NCBI GenBank assembly: GCA_964016885.1
Contig: OZ024742.1
Span: 325,562,001 to 325,626,000, forward strand
Direction: 5' to 3'
Length of the DNA stretch: 64,000 bases
Source of the DNA: Eledone cirrhosa
Taxonomy: Eukaryota
Shown: in pieces, positions 1 through 15,019 of the stretch
How the letters are laid out: every line of letters begins with the position of its first letter
Numbering within the stretch: the first letter of the stretch is position 1
The notes under the pieces: generated by a model
The model's database searches: none
Told to the model about the DNA's origin: nothing
Seen by the model: the letters and a program-made list of their open reading frames with translations, nothing else
Translations under genes and position numbers: made by a program

Positions 1-32
1 TCCACCGCCCTCATGCTAATACTAATAAAGAT

Positions 33-170
33 TTCTACTATAAGCACAAGGCTAACAAATGTAGGGGCTATGAAAGCCGACTAAATCGACACCAGTGCAT
101 TACTTGTACTTTATTTCATCGAACCAGTAAGGATGACAAGGAAAGCTAACCTCGGCAGGATTTGAACTCA
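33..170 (-). mobile_element. Degraded SINE (same family)
   Basis: gtactttatttcatcga..aaggatga..aacctcggcaggatttgaactca. Confidence 0.7.
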
Positions 171-1131
171 TTGTGTTGGTGGTGATTGTGGCAGTAGCAG
201 TTACATTGATATTATGATGAATAGAATGATCTCTTTTAAACACCTTCAATTACAACTTTCTTCCTATGTAAATTCTGGTCTCGCCTTTATGATCATCAAT
301 AACATTACCATCGTAATGCCGTAATGCTATTAATATTATTTAAGCAATTTGTATGTTGGCGCTATCATTACTGTTACTTTCATTATATAACACTATTTAA
401 AATTTCATAAAAGCAGTAACAACAAAAACCAGAAAAAAAAACACAATCCCAAATATATGTTCTGTATATGAAAAATTGGCAATATAAACGAATTTCTTAA
501 TTGAAACTGACATAGCATTAAAATAAAGACGGAAATTTTAATATTTCATTTAAGTGAATAACAGTAAATTTAGAATTTATTTTCAAGACATTTCATGTCA
601 GTTAAGAAAATCGATCAAATGCACGGTAGGATATATTTATGCAAGAAATGGCTGACTTAGCAAATTTAGAATTACGTTCAAATAACCAATAAATTAATCT
701 AAAGAACAATGTTTATCAGTTTTGGTATTTAACTAAATTATGGTTAATAGAATGGAACAAAATCTGAATAGAACAAATTGTCATGGAATTGTTAACGTAA
801 TGTTTATAGATTGGTGCATTTCATGAATAGTTTTAGCAATATTTTATAACAATAGAAGAATGAATGTTTTATGCTGAACGATAAAATATCAGTGATTAAT
901 CTTAAAATATTCATTGCAATTTCTAAGCTGAAAACATCGTAGATATTTCATTGTAGAAAACAGAATATAAATATCCACAGATCATAAAACGACTCATTTA
1001 CGAGCCAACAAGTAAATATCAACTCGGTCTGACAAAATGGCAGCTAGATTATCTCTAAACACACGTTACTATCATGGAAAATCAAAGATAATACTTAATC
1101 CTTGGTTCACATAAACAGACAGCATGATTAC

Positions 1132-1395
1132 CTGAAGAATGCGATTGATCATGTCTTTATTATTGAGGTTGACCTCAGGCAAAAAGAAACCATTGACAGC
1201 TAACAATGAATTATAAAAATCACGACAGAATATCTCAATTGTCTCTCTAATTGCTAAAGTAGCAGTCCAATATCCTTTTAAAGCACATACTAGCATCTTT
1301 AAGTGGATGAAACCATTAGAGAGTATGGTCTTGGTTTCATGGATATAAGGCACGATTTTCATTGTTTGGACGATTTGATCGCAGCGGACATGACA
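1132..1395 (-). CDS. Candidate internal exon of an unidentified host gene (88 codons, phase 0/0)
   Basis: Open frame CHVRCDQ..INRILQ bounded by ttggtttag and CAG|gtaatc; non-repetitive composition. Confidence 0.35.
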
Positions 1396-1792
1396 CTAAA
1401 CCAAATTCAATCAATGTAGATAACGTTTATTTTTAATAATGCTAATTTTAATTGGTAGTTAGTTTTTTACCCTTACCTTCTGGGTAGAAAAGGAAGAGAT
1501 CAAGCATGACCGTTTCAAGTCGTCGCTTACTTCGGTGGCAGCGGCTGTATATGAGATTAAAGGAACCAAGTTGGTTGTATCTCAAGATAAGTGTAATTTT
1601 ATAACTGGTGCAGGTTGGAGGCAAGACGAATTAGAAGGAGAATGATAGGCAATGAGACATGTCTTGTTGAGAAGGAAAATAATCTATAGATATGAAAGCA
1701 AACAATACATCTGTAATTCTCTGGGGTTAACAGAGCATCGGATTCTAAACGCATTCAATGGGCCGCTCTTTGCAAATCAAATCATCACCGAA

Positions 1793-1823
<31 letters not shown>

Positions 1824-1828
<5 letters not shown>

Positions 1829-1955
1829 ATAATAATATATTTAAAGACTAACGTCCAAAGAGGACTCGATAAGGATAAATATATATCAAATATATATGAA
1901 CCGTAGAGCAAATATTTATTAAAATAACAAATTAAAATTTAAGCAAAGAATCGCC
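1824..1955. repeat. Dispersed repeat of about 130 bp that always abuts or lies near (TA)n
   Basis: Copies at about 3025-3100, 4200-4342, 34175-34365 and 62505-62615. Confidence 0.75.
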
Positions 1956-1966
1956 TCTCTCACCCT

Positions 1967-2016
<50 letters not shown>

Positions 2017-2115
2017 AGTAACATATATATACATACAGATGCATATCAATGCTAGCAAATATATAGGTTTTGTCTTAGTAACTTTGTGGTTCAATGCATG
2101 GGTTGCAGAACAATA

Positions 2116-2765
<650 letters not shown>

Positions 2766-3098
2766 AATCATATATATATAAGGGTTGACGAATCCACCAT
2801 ATTTATCAATGCCAGTACCGGTTGTACCTCAGCGCACTCAATGGGCAATGTAAGATACATTACAAGAGTATACACAGTTATTTGCCTCAACACAACACAC
2901 GTAAAACGGGTGCCTATAAGGTTCCTGGACTCGAGTTTCTGCCGCACTAATGCAGCAGTAAGGTGCACTGCACCATCTGTCTGCATACATTATGCACCAA
3001 TGCACAATCGGCACATATATAGCGTGAAAGCAGCAATTGTTTGCCTAAACTTTAATCTGTTATTTTAATAAATATTTGCTCTACTGTTCTTATATATT

Positions 3099-3160
<62 letters not shown>

Positions 3161-3226
3161 AAATTACGAAACGAAATTAAATTTCGTTTCGTTTGTAACT
3201 CACTTTTGTATGACTGACGCTTAAAC

Positions 3227-3675
3227 AATTAAGTTAAAAATGTACATCCACATATGTATACTGAAATACTAGTATGCATATGAATACACACACGTATACA
3301 TATGTAAATGTACTCACGCTCTATGCAAATTAGTCTGCCCACTACTAATTTTCATAGAAAAAGCATATAACGATATGTGCTTTTACGATTCTCTAGAAAG
3401 GCCGGAAGATAGGTAAATATTGCTGATGAGATGTAACAACATCGAAACTAGTTCAATATTCCTTGTCTGGCTTTCTGGAGAATAGAGGAAAGGTGTTTCC
3501 TCAAAAACCAGTATGACTCTAAAAACCGGTTTGTCTGTGTGTTTACATACAGAATAGCTGGACACTCACAGTAAAGTGACCAGTGAAAAACTCCGTACAT
3601 CTACATATGTATACGTGTGTGTATTCATATGCATACTAGTATTTCAGTATACATATGTGGATGTACATTTTTAAC

Positions 3676-3681
<6 letters not shown>
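3227..3681. repeat. Inverted repeat of about 80 bp, between (TA)n tracts
   Basis: 3227-3306 is the reverse complement of 3602-3681. Confidence 0.8.
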
Positions 3682-3744
<63 letters not shown>

Positions 3745-4336
3745 CATATATATATACATATGAGAAAAATCATTAGAAAAACAAAACAATCAGAGAAAAT
3801 ACATTTCGATAATATATATACTCTATATTCAAATATATATGTGTGTATGTATATATTTAATTATTATTACCTTTATGATTTTAATAACCTCTGTTATTTT
3901 CGTTCTACTAATTTATTTACATTATTCTTGACTCCAAAGCCGAGAATTATTCGGTTTCCTAAATCGAATATTAATCTACGACTCCATTTATACCATAAAC
4001 GTGGTTTTGTCTTTGCGTGTATTTGTTCTCACCGATCCACATAACGACGTATTAGCTTCGCTTTGTTCTGTTCATTGCCAGGGAACGTTTTCACGAACCA
4101 AAGTATCGTCTTCCTGTTTTCCTTCGGTTGCAACGTTTTTCGAAATATTTACTTCTGCGTTCACAGATTGATTTTTTTAGTTTCAGAAGATCCCGTTAAG
4201 GGTGAAAGCAGCGATTCTTTGCTTAAACTTTAATCTGTTATTTTAATAAATATTTGCTCTAGTGTTCTTTTATATTTGACATATATTGATCCTTATCGAG
4301 CCATCTTTGGACTTTAGTCTTCACATTTATTATTAT

Positions 4337-4443
<107 letters not shown>

Positions 4444-5478
4444 GTGAGACACAGAAAGAACGACAGACTAAGGAAGTGACAGATAGCACATTTCATTGGG
4501 GGCTTCCCTTTCGCTTTCTAGGAGGTTTTAACTGAAAGAAGGTAAACACTATTTTCAATGACTGTGAACATAACCCATTATAAAATCACTCTATCTTTAT
4601 AGTTATATTTAATGTCATTTGTATTAGCCTTACAGATTAAGATTACATGTAATTCCCAGAGACAATTACCAGGTAAAAGTTTTATATGAAAGTAATACAT
4701 ATTTTATACAATTACTGAAGTTACAAATTAGACAATTAGCGATATAAATTGGTTTTTAACCGACAGAGACTCTTATTGGGTTTCACCGCTTTCTCCAAGG
4801 AATCGAAGTAGTCCATTTTAATAGTACATTTAATAGTACATTGAATATACAAACAAAATTAGATTTATTATATGTGAAATATTCATTCAAATATAATTTC
4901 TTTTGTAAAAATGTATTGCTCGCATTCTATCCATAAACCTATGGGGAAAATCCACGCAGGGAATTTGACAAAACAAGTGTACGAGTTCCAGTTGGACAGT
5001 CGACGGGCATTCTGAGGGAAATAGTGTCTTCAGTTTTGGAGTTTAGATATTTGATTGGTGAGTATAAATTTACAAAATCCTAATTTTGTTTCTGAGGTAG
5101 AGCGGGCATCTCTGCGTTCCATTCATGTATATCGTGGACTTTTCGAGTACTTTTCATGTTATTTTATGCAGTATTCCTTTTTCTTTTAGCTGCAAGACCC
5201 TTTCTGATGGTTGAAAACTTACACCACAAGACCAGCTAAATCCACCTTTAACCTTTTCCTTTCTGTCACCAATCCACGCACAAAAAATGAAACAAGAAGT
5301 TACATCCACATATATGTGCACGCAACACAATAGATTTATGAAGGAGGTTTTAGCTAACAAACACAAGACTTGATGTCTTTTATTTGCATGTTCATATTTT
5401 CATTATTTGGAAACTTTTAGAATGGATTTAAATGCTTGAAAAATAATTTCCACGCTTGATTACACATACACACACACA

Positions 5479-5636
<158 letters not shown>

Positions 5637-6753
5637 TATATACTTAGTGTTTGTTTGTGTGTGCATGTAGAATAGGTGTGATTAAGATGATCCGTTTAAC
5701 AATCTACGATGTAATTGTTCCGATATCTGTTATCTTAACGATATATAAATAAATATAAAGCGTGCGCACGTAAGTATATATCTTGCTGAAATAACATTAG
5801 TTGTTTAAGATCCATTGATACGACAACGCTTTTTTTTTAGGAACTCATATACATACCATTGATTTAGCTGTATCCTCTGCTTATTGTGTCTGTAGAGGGT
5901 GTGTAGTGGTCAACATATTTACAATTACACACACTAAGAATTTCTTGCTTTTATAGAGCTATCTTCGTTTGGTGAAACTGCCTGGCACTTGGCGTGTATT
6001 TATCGATTTTCTTCTTAGTCCATGCACCGTAGTTGCGCAATTTATTAGACATTAAGTACATAGCATTTGTTAACGTAACAAGCAAGGTTGCTTAAATCAC
6101 ACCTCATTAATTCATTTTCCTGATAAAAAGTGCCAGGGGCAATAAGACAACAGAGTTGCGCAAAGGCGGAAAATACTAAAGCAAAACCATAAAAAAACAA
6201 AAAAAAACACCACCACCCCCCAAAAAAAACATGGAAAATTAATAAGAAAGAGCGACACAACGTTATAATTGTGAGAAATCAAAGAAGAAAGAACAAGAAG
6301 ATAAGATAAACAAAGAAATATAGAGAACAAAAGTAAAGAGTAAAAGGAAAACGTATAGCAATTTCAGCAGCTTTTATTAATGTCGAGAAAATCTGGCCTT
6401 AGTTTGTTGTTACTTAAATAGTTAAATATCAAAGACGAATGGGCCCGATGAATCAGAAGTGTTACTGAACTGGAAATCGAATCAATATGATTGAATATAG
6501 TCAGTAAGATATTGATCAGTTCTCTATTTTCCACATTGAAGCAGAGTTAAAATAGCATTATGGAACATTTAGAACAACACACATATCAAATTACAATGAA
6601 CTGCTTGTGTTCGTCTAGAATGTTCACTGTCTTTTTAGGTATGATGGTTGTATTGATACGGACGTGTTTCACAATTAAATGAAATTCAGAGAAGTTACTC
6701 AGATACGCATGCAGACTCGCATATATATATGTCTATATGTATACACCCCCCCC

Positions 6754-6798
<45 letters not shown>

Positions 6799-6819
6799 AT
6801 AAATATATGTGTGTGTATA

Positions 6820-6883
<64 letters not shown>

Positions 6884-8021
6884 ACACACAATGAGCATAA
6901 ACAATGATTCTCATAGTTTATTTCTATCTTGTTATTTTAATTCCACGAAATTATTCGTATCTTGCACAAATCTCACCGTATAGAGGAATAAATATTGATT
7001 ACATCAACACATTTCGTTCAGATTTCCACTTCGTTTTCATTTATTTAATCATGTTTTTTTTTGTTTATGTATATTCCTAAAAATACCACTTTGACGATGT
7101 TTTCTTAGATATATTTGTGTAGGGAGAGTAGTCTGTTTAAATAGAAAAGTTAGATAATTTGTAAACATGTCGTTTTGCTTGAAATAAATGTTTTCCTCTG
7201 CTTTTCTTTAACACAGAATCCTGCCATTCAACCACTGTTTTATTGTTTGCTTGTTACTGACTAGCAATGATGATCGCTTTGTAAGCTTTTAGTAACCCGA
7301 TACTGCAAGTTCGTTTTAGTTATTCTACAATTTTAGTATTTTTAATTTATTCAACACTGTCATTACAAAATTTTCAATAAACGACACTGAATACACTGCA
7401 TATGATTTCCATTATTTTGGTTCAACTGAAATGACTATTATATTTGAACATCTGCTGTACTTCACTAAACATCAGGTAGACATTGCTTCATGGTACTGGC
7501 GCAAAGAAATACGAATGCGTTAAGTTGGAGAGTAACGAGGAAGTTGTACTGATTCATCCAGTCCAACAGCTGGTGTTCTTTTGAATATTAAATCGATTTT
7601 TCTTGGAATTTAGTAAAGTAACTAACATTTTCATTTTTGACATTTGAAACATAATTTAAAATCTTACATCTTATTATGAAAGATAATAAAACCCAGCTTT
7701 GTTTGTTGAGCCAAAGGTCTTTCAAGCGTCTTTAATGTATGCTATCACAGCATTAATATACACTCCAGATTCTCAAAATACATGTCTTAGTGACTATTTT
7801 CTTTATGTCTACTTTCAAATTACTTCGTCTGAATAAAATGAAGTTATTTCTATCTATTGCTAAAATGCTTAATCCATTTTTTGAAATAGATTATGCTTAT
7901 ACCCTGCAAAGTACGACGCATCTAAAACAGAATGTTTTGGTAAACCACTGATTATGAATCTATCTTCACGGTTGTTACTAATTACTATTAATATCGGATT
8001 GTATATTCATTCAGCTATATA

Positions 8022-8216
8022 CAAACCTGTCAATTCTCCCCGTCCAACGAGGAGATCTCCCAACAACTTTTGGGTGGGTGAGAGATTTATTCTTTTGTGA
8101 ATATTAGTATATATTTCACTATGTAAAGTCTCCCTCTTTTGCCTCATTTCTCCCCATTTTGGGGCACCTTTTTTCATAGTACTCCCTGTTTGGGGTTTTA
8201 GAAGTTGACAGGTCTC
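8022..8216 (-). mobile_element. MITE copy (same family as 10192-10386)
   Basis: caaacctgtcaa...gttgacaggtct, with internal homology to the other copy. Confidence 0.6.
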
Positions 8217-9429
8217 TTTGTATCGTATATAAATAATTGTTTTACTGATACATAAATAATTGCTTAATTACTGAATCAAAAATAGAATATATAGACTCAA
8301 TTCCTTAAATATTTTATATCACATATTTTCCTCTTCCTTAATGTATGCGAACATTGCATTAATATACATTCCAGATTCTCAAAATACATTTCTTCGTTAC
8401 TAGTCTGTTATATTTACTTTAACATTTCTTAATTGTATCGAATGACATTATTTCAAATTGTAAGGTAGTAAATATCTTATTTTATTTTTGGTTTACTTTA
8501 TGTAAAACTTGCACTGAAATAACTCAGTTGACTGCGACAAAATTTTACGAACATTACGTTTCATTTGTTAGAGACCAATACGTTTATCGAATAACACATT
8601 TACGATAACTGTCAATATATTTATTGCTGATAATTAATAAAGTAACTAATGTGAACCGAACTATACTGATTCCGTATATAATCACCATCTGCTGAGTTAA
8701 TGTTGTGCCTGTATATTCATCCAATATTCTTTTTTTACAGTATCGCCCACATTATCCTGAACAGTGCATTATATCAAGCTAGAAATATGTACTAAAGAGA
8801 GTTAATGTATACTGGTGAACCTGTGGTGTTCACTTATCTCATTCACGTGATGAAGAACTCCACCCCTTTAGATTCTTTCATTATTAAATAAACACGAAAT
8901 TTTCTATTAATTTAACTAGACGAGCACGAGGGAATTCCAGGCCTTAATTAGTAGGCTATCGAGTATTACAAAAGACATGATATTCTAAATGGCTTATTCA
9001 TAACTAATATATATATATATATATATAACAAAGAAAGTGTGACAAGAAACCAGTTGGACTATAACGCACCAGAGTACTCGATACTTAGGGTAGTCGAGTG
9101 GGTAATAGGAAAAGTGTCAGGACCCGGACGGCTGGTTCGGATCTAGCTGTCGAAACGGCTGGAGCTCAGCCGTCGGGGACCTGAATGTTTCCCCATTTAC
9201 TAGCCGAATTACTCGCACATTTTTTTGTAAGAAAATGATGATTGATTTTAAATCAGTGATATAATTTATGGAGAAAAACTGCATTTCAATATTACTCAAT
9301 GTAACATGTAATGCATGAAAAATTGGAAAACATTATTTTGTGTAATATATCAAATCAAAATTACATTATTAAATCTTATTCTTATTTTGTTTCTTGTAAA
9401 TAATTTCTTTCAAAATATCAATTCAAAAC

Positions 9430-9825
9430 TTTTGTGAATAGGTATCATATCTTGTTATTTACTTATGGTTTAAATTTCACATAAATCGAAGGGAAAACAT
9501 TTTCAGCGAAGGTTTGCGCCCCCGGGGAACCCTAATAGGGGCTTCAACCCACATTATGTTGTGTTAATACTATTGAAATTTGCTGGAATTTTGTGAATAG
9601 GCATCATGTCTTGTCAGTTACTTATGGTTTAAATTTCATATAAATCGAAGGGAAAACAGCGGGGGTTTGTGCCCCCGGGGAACCCTTTGATTAAAATGAA
9701 ATATACGTATCCAAATACCCTGAGTAATGTAGTTTCAGAATATATATTTATATGGGGGTCTATCTCCAAAGCCATATGAGGAGTTCGTGAACAAACAAAC
9801 AGGAACTACAATTTTATATATATAC
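9430..9825 (+). mobile_element. Possible non-autonomous Helitron-like remnant with internal duplication of about 100 bp
   Basis: 9430-9532 is repeated at 9591-9685. The end gagttcgtgaacaaacaaacagg..ttttatata resembles such elements (impression only). Confidence 0.35.
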
Positions 9826-10191
9826 ATAAGATACACACACACAATTATTATAATCGCACAGTATTAAAAACCTTTGCCGTTGCCGCGACAACAAAGACTC
9901 CATTCCCTCTCTGTGCGACATACACATAATTACACGCTTATTATCCGCTTACGATAAAGGCCTTCTACATCGTCGGAGTATACAAAAGACCCAAGTGTAA
10001 TTACACTTTACCGAATGATACAATACAGACATCAATAACAGTGTGGAGGTCACCAAATATCTTTAATAAATCAAAATACTTACCAATGCACGAATGGTTG
10101 AATGGATGTGGGTTTATACAGCGTATTCGTATGTATAGTGATAAAGTCCTTTACAAATATTTTAATATATCCCTAGACGGAAATTGCTTAA

Positions 10192-10386
10192 CAGTCCTGC
10201 CAACCTCTAAAATCCCAAATGCGGAATACTATGAAAAAGAGTGTCCCAAAAAGAGGACAATTGAGGCATAATTGGGAGATTTTACATAATGAGATCTACA
10301 CCGATTTTCACAAGAGAAGCCATCTTTTACCCACCCCAAATTGGGTGGTAGATCTCTCCGTCGTACGGGGAGTGTTGATAGGTCTG
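10192..10386 (+). mobile_element. MITE of about 195 bp with imperfect TIRs CAG(A/T)CCTGCCAAC
   Basis: cagtcctgccaac...gttgataggtctg. Opposite-orientation copy at about 8022-8216 and a partial copy at 52136-52232. No clear TSD. Confidence 0.65.
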
Positions 10387-10816
10387 GTTTAATTTTCATA
10401 CAAGCAAATTCAAATTAATAAGGTGAAAGTTTCGAAATATTGCTAAAATGTTTAACCGGGAGTAAATATTATCTCTACTGGTAAACATAATGAAGCAGAA
10501 TCTGCATTTTCACCCATAAATGCCCATTCAGAGTTGAATGTATTTACATTTAATATTAAAGAAAGTCTTTCATCGAGTATTACACTGTTCGTCTCAAAGG
10601 TTTATTCAAAAGCAATTAAACCGGAAGGAATAATTCAAACAGAAATATTAATCAAATTTACCGCTTAGAGTTAAATATCTCACTTTACATACATAAAGAA
10701 TATTTCTAATATACACATAAAACAAGAAAGGGAACATAAACACATTAGAGGCATAACCATAAACTCTAGAACATTAACGCAGTCAAAGGTTACATAAACA
10801 CAGACACATCATGTAA

Positions 10817-10842
10817 GTGTATATACATATATATATATATAT

Positions 10843-10891
<49 letters not shown>

Positions 10892-10903
10892 TATTATATA
10901 TAT

Positions 10904-10939
<36 letters not shown>

Positions 10940-11216
10940 TATGTATATATATATATAGATGTATATATATATATATATAAATATACATATTATATATATA
11001 TATACACATATATATATAAAAATATATACACACACGCATATTATATATATACATATATATGTATATATATAGATACATACACACACACATATATATATAG
11101 CCTATATATATAGGCTTCCAAACGACTTATATATATATATATATATACATATATATATAAACACACACATATATATATAAATATATACTTATATATATAC
11201 ATATCATGTATATATA

Positions 11217-11276
<60 letters not shown>

Positions 11277-11467
11277 TATATATATATATAAATATAGATA
11301 TTATATATATATATGTATACACACATATATATATATAAATATATATATATACACACACACGCATATTATGTTTATATATATATACATATTATGTATATAT
11401 ATATATATATACACAGATATATATATATATATGTGTGTATGTATATATAGATAATATATGTCTGTGC

Positions 11468-11512
<45 letters not shown>

Positions 11513-11653
11513 ATATATATATAATATATATATATATACAGACGCATATTATGTATATACATATACATAATATGTGTCTTTATATATATATATATATACA
11601 GACACATATAATGTATATATACATACATATATATACATACACAAATATATAAG

Positions 11654-11686
<33 letters not shown>

Positions 11687-11731
11687 ATATATATATATGT
11701 ATACATATATATATATACATATATATATATA

Positions 11732-11810
<79 letters not shown>
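10817..11810. repeat. Degenerate (TA)n/(CA)n microsatellite block of about 1 kb
   Basis: Directly visible. Confidence 0.95.
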
Positions 11811-11814
<4 letters not shown>

Positions 11815-12149
11815 ATTCATCAATGTGCTTTTTCAATCAACGTCCACTATTTTTGATCAAAAGATATTAATATTTAATTCACAGAGAAACGAAACGAAGT
11901 CTGTACATTACGGCGATGAGTCACGTCAACACTTGAATATCTGTAAAAGCTGAACGAGAAGAACATTGATTATTCGAAAACGATAATAGATAATTACAAA
12001 GCTTTAATATCGATAAACTGTTCCATTAAAGATATTCATTCAGACTCTTTGCAACAATAACTTACACATCATGAAAGCCAACTTTGTCTATCATTGTCTA
12101 CACGCTGAAAAATAACGTACCTGCCAAGTATGAAGTATGGTCCGGTAAC

Positions 12150-12480
12150 TACTGACAGACACGTAGTGGCGCCGTATTGATATACGGCGTATCTTGGGCA
12201 TTTTAAGTCTGGCGGCGCCTATCCTTCTCCAGACTAAGTACAGTAGATTTCTTCTTGAGAAAGATAGAAAATGAGAGAGAGGGAATGAGAAATAGATATA
12301 AAAGAACAATCGACCTCAGCACACAACTGGTACTTTTTTATCGCCCTCGAAAGGCGGAAGGGAAAGTTGTTCTTGGTGGGATTTGAACACCGAATGCAGA
12401 GAGGCGAACAAATACTATAATGCCTTCTATCCGACGTTCTTACGCTCTGTCAATTATTCACCTATCATCCGCCAAGTACT
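12150..12480 (-). mobile_element. Longer SINE variant with extended 3' part (related copies at about 27950-28120 and 29385-29690)
   Basis: Shared block tcttgggcatttt..ctgg..tctccag..tacagta.atttc..gagaa.gataga joined to the SINE core. Confidence 0.6.
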
Positions 12481-13270
12481 GGTCCTAAGTATGATTTTCT
12501 CTAGTTTGATTATCCACTCTAGCATACGTTCTCTCTCTCTTTCTTTCTTCCTCACTCTCTCTCTCAGTCTCCCCCCCCTCTCTCTCTCTCTTAATCTTAC
12601 ACTAGAGGAAAATAAAAAGCTGTGATCAAACCCGCAGAGCAATGTACGCCAACACATTTCAAATGTCTAAATCTTCACTCTTACAATTCTATTAGGAATT
12701 ATCAGATTATTATTTATATATATTGCAGTGCACCCTACTGCTGCATTAACTGTAGCCGAAACTCGAGTCCAGGAACTACTATAGGCACCCGTTTACGTGT
12801 GTTGTATTGAAGCGAATAACTATGTATATACTCTAGATATGTATCCTACATTACCTATTGAGTACGCTGAGATACAACCGGCCATGTCATTGATAAGTAT
12901 GCTGGGTCCGTCAACTCATTATTATTACTCCCAACTAGCAGACTAATGAGAGTAAGTTAAACAATTTTTCCCTTTTTTATTGTTTTGTATTAATATGCGC
13001 TGTAATTCCTGCTATTAATTTTGTCTCTCACTCTTTTAAGTTGTTCACTTGCCAAACTGTCAGAGCTAGTAAAAATATATGCTATTTTCAAAAGTACACA
13101 GTGACTGATCGGCCTGATTTGCATATTAGCAGACTGGCTGATCAGTCAGATTTGCCTATTAGCAGATCCATTGATCAGCCAGATTTAAATATCAGCAGAT
13201 AGGCCAGTCACTTTCCTGTATACGAGCGATAAATGGCCGGCTTTGCCAAATTCAAATAAAATAGAAAGTT

Positions 13271-13606
13271 TCGCTCTACATGGCTGAATACAATAAATGT
13301 AATCTGAATTTTCCGAATACTAATAATAACATTCGATTCGTTTGCAATTATGCAAACAAACCTCAATTTTATAGCCGTGTCACTAGAATGAACACTTCAT
13401 TCTTGCTCATATGTTGGCATGCAAACAGAAACATTAGTGTCTGCAGTTCTGTTCGCATGCCGACATAAGAGCAAGAATGAAGTGTTGATTCTACTGACAT
13501 GGCTATAAAATTGAGGCTTTTTTGCATAATTGCAAACGAATCGAAAGTTATTATTAATATTCGAAAAACTCAGATTACATTTATTGTATTCAGCCATGTA
13601 GAGCGA
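13271..13606. repeat. Fold-back element with arms of about 160 bp
   Basis: Arms give near-identical ORF translations on opposite strands (MAEYNKCNL..). Confidence 0.85.
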
Positions 13607-13612
13607 CATTTT

Positions 13613-13657
<45 letters not shown>

Positions 13658-13854
13658 GTTTATCCCGGGTTCAATCGGGGGTAAGCACAGTAACTAAGGT
13701 ACTCAATACAAGGCAGAGTATAAATATTTAATATGGAAAAGGCTTCTATGGAACTAAAACTGTTTATTCGGGAGAAATCATCAGGAAGCCGACTGTCAAA
13801 GAAATATATATATATATAAAAGTCTAATGTCTGTCTTAAGCCAGAAGGCACATT

Positions 13855-14060
13855 TGGCCGGTGCTTATCCCGGTTTCATGGCGTGAAGCAACTGTGAGTA
13901 CAAGACTCCCACTTAAGCCTCCAGGTATTGCTGGTACTCATTTTCAGCTGAGTATACTGGAGCAACATGAAATGAAGTGTTATGCTCAAGAACACAACAC
14001 GCAACCCAGGTATCGAGACCACGACATTACGATCGTAAGTCCAACACACTTACCAGTAGG
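13855..14060 (-). mobile_element. Second tRNA-derived SINE family (CORE-like middle)
   Basis: ctggtactcattttcagctgagt..aagtgttatgctcaagaacacaac is typical of a SINE reverse strand. A related plus-strand copy lies near 29700-29815. Confidence 0.55.
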
Positions 14061-14315
14061 CGACGTATCCCCCATCCCACCCACACGTATATATATATAT
14101 ATATGGTTAGAATATTTTCGAAACAGCGAGTGGGTTTGAAATTATTAGAAATGTAAGCTATCGCTGTTTTTTTATAAAGAAATTAAAGAAATTATTTAGC
14201 CTGATAGTGGGGTTAAAAACCCTCGGAAAAATGGAAAAAATGAGTATTGGCGTACATGGGAGTCGAACCCGCTATATACATACATACATACATACATACA
14301 TACATACATACATCC

Positions 14316-14545
14316 GAGCAGTTGGTGTTGAAACTCGAAAAATACTGAACAACACCGGAAACTTCCACATCAGCAGTGACATAGACTGCCTTTACTTGAA
14401 ACGTAAGCAGGGAGGCAGAGGCCTAACATCAGTCCAGACAACATTTGAATGTCGCATCATATCTCTCCGACAACATCTACGAACCTCGAAGCGTAGGAGT
14501 CCGCTTCTCGAGCAAGTCTATCTGCATTAAACAGATAAGATCATG
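14316..14545 (+). pseudogene. Short R4-like non-LTR RT fragment
   Basis: TRKIL..FH..SDIDCLYLKRKQGGRGL motif. Confidence 0.65.
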
Positions 14546-14926
14546 TATGATTTCGCCTACGATGAGATGTCGAGCATTCTTCCTCCCGTTAGACCTGTGC
14601 GAAATTCATTCCTTGCTCACATTTCAACCAGGTTTGATGGTCTTTATTCTCTCGTTCACGATTCCACCGAATTTATATTCATAGAAATCTGGGACTTGTT
14701 TCCTTCTTCATCACTTTCTGCTGCTTAAACCATTTTGTTTGTTTACCCTAGCGTCCCCTTTATTTACGTGTCCCAACGACTCTTTTTTAGCCGTTGCTCG
14801 CACCAAACTGAGGTATATGGCCTTTAATGCGACGAAATGCCTACGACGGTTGGATGGCCACTGATGAGGACAAAGTTTTTCATATGTAACCCCGTTGCAG
14901 CGCCGCAGCTCCATTATTATCATATT

Positions 14927-15013
<87 letters not shown>

Positions 15014-15019
15014 ATGTAT

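Noticed and set aside
4182-4216. CAGAAGA-UCCC GUUAA GGGU-GAAAGC hammerhead-like string (also at 34212-34243, minus)
   Set aside because: U4 is A in both copies, and stems I and III are not convincing.
7733-8430. Diverged direct repeat of about 90 bp (7733-7820 and 8338-8430) as possible LTRs
   Set aside because: No TG..CA ends, PBS or coding interior; more likely an old local duplication.
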